Below the pieces are notes generated by a model. The model searched no databases. It was not told the origin of the DNA and was given only the letters and a program-made list of their open reading frames with translations. Positions 11,516 to 24,467 of a stretch of 64,000 nt of DNA are shown here, in pieces (the stretch's first letter is position 1; every line of letters begins with the position of its first letter). The DNA lies in NCBI RefSeq assembly GCF_006345805.1, contig NC_043003.1:94550001-94614000 (forward strand), in the 5' to 3' direction. The stretch is from Octopus sinensis (lineage: Eukaryota). Made by a program: the position numbers and the translations under genes.

Positions 11516-13789
11516 TTTATTTCATTTCATTGGCCATGAAGGTCGTATGCAGAGGGAGTAGCTTGCAGGCTGAACAAAAAACATTAATGAGATGAGTGAT
11601 GAAAAGGATTGTATAAATGGGAGAAGGCAAAAGACGCCCGCCAATCTTCTGCTTCTCTAAAACATTGTTCGTTTTTTCAAAACAAAAGACAAAACAAGGT
11701 ATTAAACCTCTTACCTCAGTTCTACAAGCTACTTACCACACAGCCACTCCTGTGCAGTCCACTCTGTGGAGTGGTAGGTATTAGGAAGAGCATCCAGCCA
11801 TATAAACCAAGATCAAAACAGACAATGAAGCATGGTGCAGTCTTCTGTCTAGCCGGCCACTGTCAAACTGTCCAACCAAAGCCAGCATGGAAAGCAGATG
11901 CTAAATGATGATAATGATAGGAGGAATGCCAATAGTTTTGAAATGTTGGAGTTACTCAATTACATCAACCTCTCTACTTCAGCGGTTCTTTATTTTATTG
12001 ACTCTGAAAGGATTCAAGGCAAATTTGACCTCAGCTTAATTTGAACTCAAGGTATAGAGAGCTGGAACAAATAACTCAAGGGATTTTACTTATGCTCAAA
12101 TGATCCTGCCAATTCATCTGCCTCATATATGATATAATGGTGTCAAATTCTGGTGCAAGGCCAGCAAGTTTTGTGGGGAGAAGATAAGCTAAATACATCA
12201 ACCCCAGTGCTCAATGGGCACTTATTTTATTGACCTCTAAAGAATGAAAGGCAAAGTTGACCTCTGAACTTAGAATGTATAGACAGATGAAATGCCGCTA
12301 ATCATATGGCCCAGTGGGCCAATGGTTTTGCTAGCTCACAGTCTTCATATATGATATAATGACGTACTAATACTTTCTATTGTAAGCACAAGGCCTGAAA
12401 TTTTGGTGGGCTGAGGGTAGTGAATTACATCGACCCTACTTCTCAGCTGGCACCTATTTTATTGACTCTGAAAGGATGAAAAGCAAAGTAAACTTCTGTG
12501 GCATTTGAACTCAGAATACAGAATCAGAAGAAATTCCACTTAAATATTTTGTCCAGTGCAGTAATTAATCTGCCAGCTGTTGCCTTATGATGATATGTCA
12601 TAATGATATGATGTAGTGGTAGGATATCAAAAAAAATTCTTAAAGGTCCTTCCCAAGCAATAGGCTCATAAGACCAGAGGTATAGATATTCCCCACCCTG
12701 TCACATGGGTTCATTCATTCTGTCACAGGATTATTCATTTTTGCCAGCTGAGCAAACTGAAGCAAGGTGAAACAAAGTGATTTGCTGAAGAACACAATGC
12801 ATCACCTGGTCCAGGAATTGAAACCACAATCTTACAACCATGAGGGCAACACTCTAACCACTTAGCCACCTGCCTCCACAGTGATATGGTATAATAGTGA
12901 GTTAATACAGATTACACAAAGTGACATTTGAAAATAAAATGAAAGTATATATGTCGAAATAAATACTTATATGATCATTATCTGTTTTCCATGCTCACAT
13001 TCTGAACCTAAATATTTGGTGCTTTTTGTAGGTTGCAGAGAGTTAGATAAAATGAATAACTATATTTAGTTATGTCATTTGTTCTAAATTTTCTAACATA
13101 GAGAAATAAACTGTTGTAGTAATTACTGCACTAAACAGCTTACAGTTACAAAGAAATTAGCTATTAAACTAATTATAGAGATAACTGGGTCATGATTATA
13201 GAGAAATTGTTCCTTCTTAGATCTGATGACATGTAAATGCAATAGTTTTGCCATTGGAGTTGTATGGATGTGAAACATAGAAAATGTCACTAAAGATGAC
13301 ACAGAAGCCATTCACAGATGGTGTTGTTTATTTGGTGGGTAGATACTTGGCCAAACAGTGGGACTGAACCCAAAACCATGTGGTCTGAAAGAAAACTTCT
13401 TAACCCCACAGCCATGCCTGCTATAACTTCTTTTACCCTTTATTTGTTTCAGCCTTTTCACTGTGGCCATGCTGAGGCACTGTTTTGAGGTGTTTAACCA
13501 AACAAATTGGCCCTCACTACTTATTTTTTAAGCCTGGCATTATTCTATCACTCTCTTTTGTTGAACTGCTAAGTTACAGGCACAAAAACAAATCAGTACC
13601 AGTTAGTGGGCTTCTTTCAGTTTCCATCTACCAAATGCACTCTCAAAGCTTTAGTAAGCCTGAGGCATAGGACACTTGTTCAAGGTGCCATGCAGTGGGA
13701 ATAAACTCAAAACATGTTTAGGAAGCAAACTTCTTACCACACGACCATGCCAGCACCTGTGTAAGTGTGTGTGTGTGTATCTCAAAATA

Positions 13790-14569
13790 CTAAAGAGTAA
13801 ATTTTTTCAACAAAATTGCCATTGGCTTCGACCACGGTCTCCAGACGACTTCAGAATCTCCTGCAACTCTTCTAGAGGTTATCCTTGTTTAAGTTGGTGA
13901 ATGCTGCCATAATCCTTCCCTTCAGTTCATCTTTGGTGTTACTAGGAGTTTTGTTGGTCTCTCACTCAACTGTGCCCCACACATAATAATCAAGAGGGTT
14001 GTAGTCTGGGGAGTTAGGTGGCCAGATGTTAGGGGTGATGTGGTCACAGAAATTGTCTGACAACCATGACTGGGCTCTCCTGCTTGTGTGGCATGCTGCA
14101 GAGTCCTCTTACCAGACATACAGTCTTCCAGCAGCCACCCTCATGACCCAGGGCAGCACTACCTCCTCCAGGTACTTCATGTAGGCCTCTGTGTTGAGCC
14201 TGAGGCCGTGTAGGAAGATGAATGGAGGCATAATGGTGCTATCACTAGTGATCACTTCAAACATCATGATGTTAACTCGATGTTTGATTTTATCATTCTC
14301 AGTACATGTCTTCAGATTGCACTGTCCTCAGATTGACATTCAAGCACTCTGAAATGCTCATAATGGAACTTCTGGCATGAGTACATCATGCAGTACATCA
14401 TGTTGTTTCCAAATTTCTGGCAGAATGAATTGTGCCATAATGCTGTTCTTCTCACAGACAGTGCCCAACTGACCCTACTATACTGTGTAGTTGACAAACC
14501 CCAAAACAAACAATGCGCATGTGCAAAATTAGAAATATAAAAGGAAGACACTTTATCTATCACACCCTG
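13790..14569 (-). mobile_element. Tc1/mariner DD37D (maT-type) internally deleted transposon
   Basis: TA-CAGGGTGTG terminus at 14571-14561. Transposase remnant VW*EDSAACHTSRRAQSWLSDNFCDHITPNIWPPNSPDYNPLDYYVW, with 37 residues between the 2nd and 3rd catalytic D by my count. Confidence 0.85.
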
Positions 14570-14612
14570 TATGTAGATATATAGATATATATACAGATTT
14601 ATATAGATAAAT

Positions 14613-14651
<39 letters not shown>

Positions 14652-15599
14652 TAGAGAAATAGATAGATAGATAGATAAATAGAAAGATAGATATTTAATA
14701 TCAGTCTAGTGGAAGACTAAGCAAAGTACAATTGTGTGCAGCCAACTTAAAAACACTAATAAGCTAACTTTGTTTACATACCAGGAACTAATAGGCCTAC
14801 AAAATTAAATGTTCGTGAGTGTGTGTGTGTGTGTGTCTGTGTGTGTGCTTGTATGCGTATGTGTGTGTGTGTATTTACATGTCTGTGTGTTTAAAAAATA
14901 TTTATGTACATACACATGCATGTTTGTGTGAGTGTGTATTTTCAATACGGACATACACAGTCACATATACATATATGTATAAAACTCAAACACACATATA
15001 CATTCTACCATATACATGTATATAAACATATTTACGTCTGAACTAACAAGTGTTTCTGTGAGATACAGTTTCAGAATCTTCAAATTTATAAAGAATTGAT
15101 AAGGAATAATAAATTAACCAAGCTATCCAAGATTTGTATTAATTTTTTGAGGATTTAAGAATTAGTCGCTTTTTTAAAATGGACTATATTAATGGAACTA
15201 TTCAGCAAAGAGCAACGCAAATGTAAGTAACACTATATATTATCTATGTACATCTATATATACATATATCAGGGACGTGGGATCTTTTCAATCTGGTAGC
15301 CAAGTTGATTAATCAATTTGGTCAAATTTTGAATTTCATGGATTATAAGCTATAGCAAATACATATTTCTACATAGCAGAAGGCAAAACACTAAATATAA
15401 TATCCTTAAGAGGTTGCAGACCAAGTTTCAATACAATTGACTAATATCTTGAGCTTCTGCATTGACTATAAAGAGAATGGGGGTGTAAACTTCTCCCCAG
15501 TGCCACTGCAACGGTCATGTGGATGTACGTCGTATGTGTGTGAAGTTTTCTTTGTATTTTGACTTTAGGCCATTTTATTAAAATTAATGATCGTCTTAA

Positions 15600-16696
15600 A
15601 TTTAGTGTTGTTTACATTTAGTGATGACTCATAAGCCAATAACGCATCATGATACTGAATGCTCAGTATTTGGTACTCCATGTGATCTTAGTGAGTGAGT
15701 TTTGCCAACTTACAAGGACATACAAAATGTGTTTTATTTGAACAAGGGAAAGAAAAAGTGTTGTTAAGAAAAATCCTTCAATTAAGCAAATTGTCAAGAT
15801 TGTATCAAACAGAAAAGATAATTCTTCTTTGGCAAAAGGCATCCAACCCTTCTTTGGCAAAAGGCATCTAACTGAGTCAGTTAAACTGAAAATCTTATAC
15901 TTTTATCTAAAGTATCAAGCATTACTAAAATCTGTGAAAAATAGGAAAAAATGTGTACCATTGTTTCAAACAAAGAGTAATGTGTTTAAAAACAATGCAA
16001 CAAAAGATATATTTGACATTGCCTGTTGCAAGTGCAACTCCTTCAAAAACTGAAGTTGTTGTAGAGACAAAAAACAAAGAGGACAAAATTTTTTACAGGA
16101 TCAGTGGACAAATCGAAAAATGATCATTGGCGGAATATATCAAGCAGTATTTAAACAGAAAGTTCAGAGGTTGATTTGTATTATTTAGTTACATGGCATT
16201 ATTTCGATTTTATCACCAAAATGTGTCAAGAATTAAAAATTGGTTTACATGTTATCTTATTTTGATGTGTGTGTAATCTAGACCTCATGTAACACATATA
16301 TTCGGTGACCTAGTATTAGAAATAATTAAAAAAAAACAAAAGTCGTAAAGCTTATTTATTTCACATAATTTCGAAGTTTTTAGTGCATTGCGGAGCCTGA
16401 AGATATAAATTTTAGAGCTTGAAATCTTAAATCTCATGTTTTAAAAGGATTTCACAAAAGAAAATTGATTTGTAACAATGGAAGTAAAAAATAAAATGAA
16501 GAACAGCAAACCTGTTATGAATTGAATTTTTGCTCATTATTCAAAATTTTAAGTGGGCTACAGAGCCTGAAAATGTAAATTTAAGAACTTCAGATTTCAA
16601 CACAGTTGCTTTTAAAGGATTTTGCAATAAAAAATATATTCTTAAAAACATATTTCGAAAATCTGTGTAATAGTTACCTTTTTCACTCCACCCTAA
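15600..16696 (+). mobile_element. hAT-like (hATm/hATx-type) transposon remnant
   Basis: Translation YQALLKSVKNRKK..KDIFDIACCKCNSFKN..FLQDQ*TNRKMIIGG. The right end CACCCTAA corresponds to a TTAGGGTG terminus; the left end was not located. Confidence 0.55.
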
Positions 16697-16705
16697 TGTG
16701 TGTGT

Positions 16706-16748
<43 letters not shown>

Positions 16749-16984
16749 TTTCCCCCACCACTGCTTGACAACTGCTGTTGGTGTGTTTATCTCCTTCACA
16801 ATTTAGCAGTTCAGTAAAAGAGTCCAATAGAATGAGTAGCAGGTTTTTAAAAAATGAATTAGTACTGGGGTTGATACATTCGACTAACAATTCTTCAAGA
16901 TGGTACCCCAGCATGGCCACAGTCTAATGTTTGAAATACGTAAAAGATAAAAGAGACATATGCACACACACACACATGTGTGTA

Positions 16985-18560
16985 CCATGTTATAAAAGCC
17001 AAGAATATGTTATTGTGCAACTGATTAGTATGAGAATTAGCCCAGATGAGAAGCAAATTCGTTTTGAGCCAAGAAGTAGTACTGATGCCATCTTCTTTGT
17101 GAGACAATTACTAAGAAGCTAGAAGTACTAAACTAAGACCCCACCTTCGGTCACGACACTGACCATGGGATTGCACCTAGAAAGTTACCCTGAGAGGCAC
17201 AAGTCCGGACAAGGTTGTTTATGGAAGACCAGCAGTCACCCATGCATACCGGCCTCCACTCTCCATGCCACCAGTGTTATCCAAGGGAAAGGAAAGGGCC
17301 AATAGAGCTTGGCACCTGTGACATTGCAACTCATTTCTACAGCTGAGTGAACTAGAGCAACATGAAATAAAGTATCTTGCTCAAGAACACAACACGCAGC
17401 CTGGTCCATGATTCAAGCTCACAACCTCACGATCATGAGCTCAATGCTCTAACCACTAAGCCATGCGCCTTCACAGTACTAAACTAGAGAAGGTATTTAA
17501 CAATGTTCCATGTTCTGCAATCTTCTGGTCACTGAGGTAGATAACAGAAGATGAATGGCTTGTGAAGACGATACAGTCATGTACAGGAATGCTGTCAGTA
17601 TGTTATGGATCAGCCATAAGTACAGCAATGAATTTAACATGCATGTAGAGATCCACCAGAGTTCCATTCTCAGTCTCCCCTTCTATTTATTGTAGTTATG
17701 CAAGCCATAACAGAGGAGTAAAGACAAGCTGTCTGGGAAATTATATATGCTGATGACTTAATTCCCAGATATGAACCTGTAGCAAAAACTCCAAGACCTG
17801 AGGACAAAATCTAGAATTAACAGGCCTCAATGTAAACTTAGTAAGGGCTTAAGTATTTGTAGGTAAGAAAGAATGCATGACACTGATTCCTTTAGAGAAA
17901 AGGCTGTGCTTCCTCTACAGAAAGGGAGTAGGTAGAAATCCTGTATTCCAGTGTGAAGTATGGATGCAAAAGAGATGTAGTGGAGTAATAGGCAAGCTAA
18001 GGGGAAAAGTAGTTGCACAAGCTAACATAATCTAGGATCACATGGAAAGTAGATTCCCTTAAATTTCTAACACGTAATTAATTGCATTTGTTACCTTGGT
18101 GAGGCAACCAAATTAGCAGTGGACATGGATGTTTTGAAAGTATAGAAGACAGAGTAAGAACAAGCTGGAAAAAGTTCTGGGTGTCATTAGCTCTGTTGGT
18201 TATAAAAGTTGTCTCTCTCAGAGTGAAATGTAGAATGTACAATGCTTGTGTATGAATTGTAATACTACATGCAAGTAAAATGATGTGTGTCCTGAATACA
18301 GAGCTTTTGTAAAACTAGAAAGATATGCTGGACGTGTACTTTTGGTGTGCATGAATGATAGAGAGTACAAATGAACAAATAGAAAAACTGAATATAAGAG
18401 GTTTCAAATGTGTACATGGGCTGCTAAGAGAATACAACACATACTGAGTAAGATACATAAGAAAGATGACAGCATATGATACATTGTGCTCAAAAGGATA
18501 AGTCAAGCTAAGTGAAATTGTGGTCATGACTAGTGCTGGTGACTTGTAAAAGGCAACCAT
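16985..18560 (+). mobile_element. RTE-clade LINE reverse transcriptase remnant
   Basis: IRFEPRSSTDAIFFVRQL, LEK.F..VP, YADDL (TATGCTGATGACTTA near 17747); many stops. Confidence 0.8.
17136..17474 (-). mobile_element. SINE family C, full length, nested in RTE remnant
   Basis: Head GTGAAGGCGCATGGCTTAGTGGTTAG; perfect 12-bp TSD AGTACTAAACTA at 17124-17135 and 17475-17486. Confidence 0.9.
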
Positions 18561-18653
18561 GCCAATGCCACACAAAAAAAAGATACCCAGTTATACTCTT
18601 GGAGTGGTTGGCATTAGGAAGGGCATCCAGCTGTAGAAACCATGCCAGTACAG

Positions 18654-19227
18654 ATTGGAGTGTGGTGCAGCTCTCCATCAAACTGCAGCTCTAGTCAAAC
18701 TGTCTAACCCATGCCAGCATGGAAAACAGATGTTAAATGATAATGATGATATATATATATTATATATATATACAAGTAAAAGCAACCCATCCCCCGTCCA
18801 ATGGACGGTGCTGAGTTGTCAAACATTTAAACCAAATTGGAGTGTGATGCAGCTCTCCATCTTACCAGCTCTAGTCAAACTGTCTAACCCATGCCAGCAT
18901 GGAAAACAGATGTTAAATGATAATGATGATATATATATATATATATTATATATATATATATATATCTATATACAAGTAAAAGCCACCCACCTCCCGTCCA
19001 ATGGACGGTGCTGAGTTGTCAAACATTTAAACCAAATTGGAGTGTGATGCAGCTCTCCATCTTACCAGCTCTAGTCAAACTGTCTAACCCATGCCAGCAT
19101 GGAAAACAGATGTTAAATGATAATGATGATATATATATATATATATATATATATCTATATACAAGTAAAAGCCACCCACCTCCCGTCCAATGGACGGTGC
19201 TGAGTTGTCAAACATTTAAACCAAATT
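18654..19227 (+). repeat. tandem triplication of a ~190-bp chimeric unit
   Basis: Units start at 18654, 18836 and 19036; each is an RTE tail + (TA)n + a hAT-like fragment. Confidence 0.9.
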
Positions 19228-19289
19228 TTCTCAGAACAGCTTGTCCGACCGTCCCATAGGCCTCCCCTTTGAGAAACGCTGATTTAACC

Positions 19290-19540
19290 TAATTTTGAGA
19301 CACCAGCAAAAGACGGATTTTGATTGATGTACTTGAGCGTACAAATGCACATTTCCACAGCTTTATCGATCGCATTCTCACCTGGATTCATTTTTTGTAA
19401 TTTTTTCAAGACTTATACACACCTTGATACTATCGGTATCTACATATCAAATTTGAGTGCAATTGGATGGAAGATGCTCAAGATCCTAGAAGTCACACAC
19501 ACACACAGACAGAACGGATTTTATATAATAGATATAGATA
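19290..19540 (+). mobile_element. possible Helitron/Helentron-type non-autonomous 3' end
   Basis: TATCAAATTTGAGTGCAATTGGATG..CACACAGACAGAACGGATTTTATATAATAGATATAGAT resembles such ends. Classification is by resemblance only. Confidence 0.35.
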
Positions 19541-19557
19541 TATGCACAGACAAAAAG

Positions 19558-19755
19558 GTTCTGAAAAGTTCCTGGTTTTAGGGGTATCATGAAAGGCCTG
19601 GTTGGAGGCTTAACTTTCTGAGTTCTTTTACAGGGTTTAGAAAAACTTAAGGACCACTGCAATAAGTGTATGAATCTGAAAGGAAAATATATTGAATAAA
19701 ATCATAATGATCCTCCTGTATTTTCTTTTATCCAAAACCAGGAACTTTTCAGCAC
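19558..19755 (+). mobile_element. mariner-derived MITE
   Basis: TIRs GTTCTGAAAAGTTCCTGGTTTT / AAAACCAGGAACTTTTCAGCAC; internal FLQGLEKLKDHCNKCMNLKGKYIE* mariner C-terminus. Confidence 0.75.
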
Positions 19756-19941
19756 AGCATTTATATGTATAAATATATATATATATATATATTAATTTAT
19801 ATATAGAGGGCATTATACATACATGCCAGAGGGCATTATACATACATGCCACACGCTAAGAGGGACAATTAGTCATTTCTACCAAAAATATTACTAATCC
19901 CACCGAATGCAATTTTTCAAAGTAAGACATTTAAAAAATAT

Positions 19942-19989
19942 AGACCTGTATCACAGTGATTTCATACTTACGTATTCATCAGCAGGCCT
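19942..19989 (-). ncRNA. type I hammerhead ribozyme, intact core
   Basis: AGGCCUG CUGAUGA AUAC-GUAA-GUAU GAAA UCAC-U-GUGA UA CAGGUCU: stem I 7 bp, stem II 4 bp with GNRA loop, near-palindromic stem III, AUA cleavage triplet. Confidence 0.85.
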
Positions 19990-22392
19990 GAATGTATCAT
20001 AAATAAACGACCCTGCCCCGCTTAAGCCGATCAGCTAACTGATCAACATCAACGAAGCACATGGGTGAGTTTACATATATTACATCCTGTAAATGGCATA
20101 CTTTTACGAATTGCATTTTGGGAAAGGAAAAGTTTTTCGGAATAAAAATTTAGCAATTAAGGACAACTACTTAATAAGGAAAACTTAACAAGAAATTGTC
20201 AGGTATATATATATATAAGTCACTTGCTATGCAAGTACATCTCCATAATATATATATAAATATATTTGCTTAATTTTATCTAACAATCCTTCCCTCATTC
20301 TATCATTCATTCTGTTTGGTTAATAGCATTTCTTATTTTCGTTTGTGTGCACTTTTGCCTGATTACACATCTATAAAGACATACCGTAACTGAAATATAT
20401 TTGCTACCAATGAACTGAATAGATAAGTTATTAACTCACTAAAACATATGTTTATAAAAACATTGAAAATATCAATAATGTTTTCTGCATTTCTCATTAT
20501 ATAGAGCATGGCTCAGACTCTGCACTTTAAACTATCTGTGATGTCACGATTGTATCTTTATCGCATAGGAGATAGGAGTTAGGGGTTTAATGTAGAAACT
20601 GCTTACTAAACTCTAAATTTACAGGTAATCTGTTGTGCATGATAGCATATTGTATAAACACATACACAAAGACACACACACATACAAATGTGCATGCACA
20701 CACAAATACACACTCACATACGTACGTACACGGACATACATGCACAAATGCATGCACACACATATATACATTTATGTATCATAGTATAGTTTATCATGTG
20801 ATTACAGTTAGATGTTCAACTGCTACTTGTGAATTTAGAACACCGTGTATAGTACCATCATGTATTCCGCTTCTAGTACAGAGGTGTTGTTATTACCATA
20901 CTTGGTAGTGTTACTGATTATCATATAAGGAGAAATTATGATAAACATGTGTTTATAGCATTTGTTCCTTACATTCATTTCACCATTGTGGTTGTTTGAA
21001 ACCTATGTAGGAGCTCACTGGGTTTGGCTGCTCTGCATTGATAAGGGAAAAATACCCTGAAACTAGTCTGCAGAGGCCTGACCAGCAAGGAGAAGCAGGT
21101 GACCTCCCCTGTTCGAAGGTTAAAATGGACACAGGTTCATGTGTCACATAGCTAGCCAGAGGCGATGGCCTGTTGGTGGTAATCAACGACAGCATTTGTA
21201 CTATATTTCTGGACTGCCATATTAGCTTGGCGATAACTATTAACATTTATCTTAATAATTTTGATGCAACTCTCTGTACTGTTCTTTCTCTCTCCATCCC
21301 CTTCATTTCCTCTCTCTTCTTTTCTCTAATTCTTTTTATCTCCCCTTCTCCCCCTTTAATTTTTTTCTCTCTCATCCTTTCTCTAATTCTTTTCCTCTTC
21401 CTTTCACCATTCTCTATCTGTCTCTCTCCCTTTCTCACTCTTCCTCCTTTACACTCTTACTGCTCACACGTGACCATCAACCATCTTTCTTTTCCTAACT
21501 CAAGCTTCTTTCTTTCCTTTTGATCTGCCACACAGATCATACACATTCTTATCTGTTTCCTCTCCTATCTTTTCTCCTGTCAAAGCTTATTCCTCCAGCG
21601 TTCACCACCTCACCTTACTATGAGATTTAACTCTTCTTTTATGCAAACAAGTACATACTGCACCCTGACTTTTAATAATATAAATATACATATATATATA
21701 TTTATATACATAAATGCATACATATACACACATAAATGCATACATGCACACAGACACACACACATGTATGCATAAACACACACACATACACACATGCACA
21801 TACTCACAGAGATATATGTACTGTGATAAAAACTGCAATTAGCTCTAGAACAGTTGGTAGACAATAAAGAAACGAATCAAGGTAAATGTAGATGCATCAT
21901 GAGCATCAATGTTATTTTATGCTGTTTTAATTACCAGCTGTTTCTAATTAAGAAAATGTTGTCTGTGTAAGTAAGTCATTACAGATTAACAAGATCAGTG
22001 ATCAAAGACAATCCACCCATGGCCTTTGTGTCTATGTTTCAAACATAATGTATTTAGAACTACATTATTTAAGATGTAGAAGGAAAGTAGGATTTGAGGG
22101 AAAATTTGGTCACTGTTTCTATCATATTAGAGACCATTAATAAGTTTTGTAAGTGCCTCGTGTTAAGCATTTTAGTTGGATAGTGATAGTAAGTGGCTTC
22201 ATGATGTTACATCCATTTCATGAGTGTTGTTCAAGTAAACAAATGGTCTTTGTGAAATTTATGAAGTGGTTTCCACATTTCAATTTTAATAATCTCTGTT
22301 TCAAGCAAACTCCTCACACACACACACACATTTATATATATACATATACATAAATACACAACACACATACACGCATATAGATATGCATGTGT

Positions 22393-22425
<33 letters not shown>

Positions 22426-22920
22426 CACTCACACACTAAGAAAAAAGCTTCTTCCAAAAAGCTTAGTAACATCCTGATAAAAGATTTTGCAACATATTTT
22501 CAATATTTTTCAATCCCCTTAATACTAAAAAATTGCATTAAGTAATTTTCACAAAGACTTTCAAATATCTCTCTCTCTCTCTCTCTCTCTCTCCCTCTCT
22601 CTCTACATATATATATATATAACAAATTAATAAACAAAACATATGCATAAATACATACATATATGTACGTACCTACATCTACATGTATATATACATGCAT
22701 ATATGGGTACAGGACACCAAAAAAACCTCGAACACAATGAGAAACGATAACATAAACACAAAACCAAGGAAATGGACATTTTTCTTAAACAACGAAAAAA
22801 TAGAGTACAGGACATACAACACAAGGAAAATTCCCCTTCTTCAGTCGCCTCTGTTTCATCTACTCTGCGTTTCGAAGATCTATATATATATATATATATA
22901 TCATCATCATCATCATCATC

Positions 22921-22966
<46 letters not shown>

Positions 22967-22974
<8 letters not shown>

Positions 22975-23247
22975 ATATTTCGGAATGGTCATATTGCCAG
23001 TTTAGCCAATAAAAACACACGCACTATATATTTGGTGTTATTTTGCTTCAGTGATATTTATTTTTTACATTAATCTTAATCTTATTTCGGCCAAAGTTCT
23101 TTCGTCACACTCCTGTGACCGCATCAGTGGTCCTTTGTTTTCTTCTCACTTACTTGTGTCTCTCCTTACTAACCGTCAGCCATTTTGTATTTCTATTGTA
23201 TTTATTGGCTAAACTGGCAATATGACCATTCCGAAATATAACAATAT
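22967..23247. mobile_element. MITE-like element with perfect 47-bp inverted repeats and an internal HHR-like motif
   Basis: ATATTGTTATATTTCGGAATGGTCATATTGCCAGTTTAGCCAATAAA at 22967-23013, reverse complement at 23201-23247; the left end abuts (TA)n. Confidence 0.8.
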
Positions 23248-23993
23248 CTGTTTCAACACACGACTTCACATAAAAAATCTTGTACAACAAATATTTAAAC
23301 GTATATATATATATATGAGAATTTATTTTTGAAAATGCCCTAGAATTTGAAAAACTTGTAGTTGTTTTTAAATATATTTATTTACGTTCATACCAAACTA
23401 GTTTCAACAATTGTTTGTTTATCAGTGGTACAAATGTATACAAAGCGATGGGATATTAACATAGTTTAAAATTACGTAGAAATCAAACATATTTAAGCAA
23501 TCAAATGTTCACATAAAATTAAATGACAGGGAAAGATAATATCAAAGTAAATGTTCAATGAAGAATACAATAAATCTACATTACAAAAAGTTCAATTATA
23601 ATGAGTTTTTATAGAATACATTGACAAGAGAGAGAAAAAAGAAAAGAGAATAAAAAAAGCTGTTTTTATAGTTTCTGTTGTCATACATGTAGTTTTTTTT
23701 GGGTGGGGGTGTGGAATACTTGGCTTTTCGCTTTCAACTGTGTTGATGACAATATTGATGATGATGATGATGATGACAACGACGACATTGATGGTAATGA
23801 TGATTATGCATGTGTATGTATGTTTGTCCTCATCTTGTTTGTTGTTAACACGTTTCGGCTGATATAATTTCCAGCCTTCATCAGGTGTCTTGGGGAATTT
23901 CAAACTTAGGTTGTCATTCCTAAGGTATTTTTCAATCTTGTTGTTGTTGTTGTTATTATTATTATCATTATTCAGGTCACTGAATAGTAATAA

Positions 23994-24248
23994 GAACATC
24001 GCAAAGCTGTGACACAGAGAGATATTGATGAATTGGGTATAGCTGATCATGTATTGAAATATGAAGACCACCTCCCCTTGTGGGATTAAGTTAAAATAAT
24101 AGATGGAGAACACCGCTGGAAAATACGAAAACTAAAAGAAGCAGCACATATGTTAGGACACAACAACCTCCTAAGCAGACCAAATGCAGATATGAGTAAC
24201 ATATGGGAACCAGTATTAAGGAAGGATAGGAAAATATTCGATTTATAA
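23994..24248 (+). pseudogene. Penelope-type GIY-YIG endonuclease C-terminal fragment
   Basis: EHRKAVTQRDIDELGIADHVLKYEDHLPLWD*VKIIDGEHRWKIRKLKEAAHMLGHNNLLSRPNADMSNIWEPVLRKDRKIFDL*. Confidence 0.75.
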
Positions 24249-24277
24249 GCCCTAAAATTCACTCTGTAATTTCCCAC

Positions 24278-24345
24278 GGGAGTATGGCGTAGTGGTTCAG
24301 AGCGCGGGCTACTAACCCCAAGATTCTGAGTTCAATTCGAGACAG
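24278..24345 (+). promoter_or_regulatory. tRNA-derived Pol III internal promoter (A/B boxes) inside the PLE terminal repeat
   Basis: A-box TGGCGTAGTGG at 24285-24295, B-box GAGTTCAATTC at 24328-24338, anticodon-like arm GGG-CTACTAA-CCC. Confidence 0.7.
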
Positions 24346-24421
24346 TGACCTGAATAATAATAATAATAATAACATTGAAAAATACCTTAGGAATGACAAC
24401 CCAGGTTTGAAATTTCCCTAA

Positions 24422-24467
24422 GACACCTGATGAAGGCTGGAGGGTATATCAGCTGAAACATTGTGTT
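24422..24467 (+). ncRNA. minimal type I hammerhead motif (PLE type), slightly decayed
   Basis: GACAC CUGAUGA A GGCUG..CAGCU GAAA CA UU GUGUU; a related inverted copy lies at 23847-23889. Confidence 0.6.

Noticed and set aside
19964-19975. Apparent minus-strand splice donor GTAAGT
   Set aside because: It is better explained as stem-loop II of the hammerhead, and the upstream segment is closed in all frames.
22830-22880. Permuted hammerhead-like motif (GAAA before CUGAAGA, minus strand)
   Set aside because: Stem I and stem III do not form convincingly.
24278-24350. tRNA gene
   Set aside because: The acceptor and T stems do not close. This and all other tRNA-like heads in the window are retroposon promoters, so no true tRNA or rRNA gene is supported.
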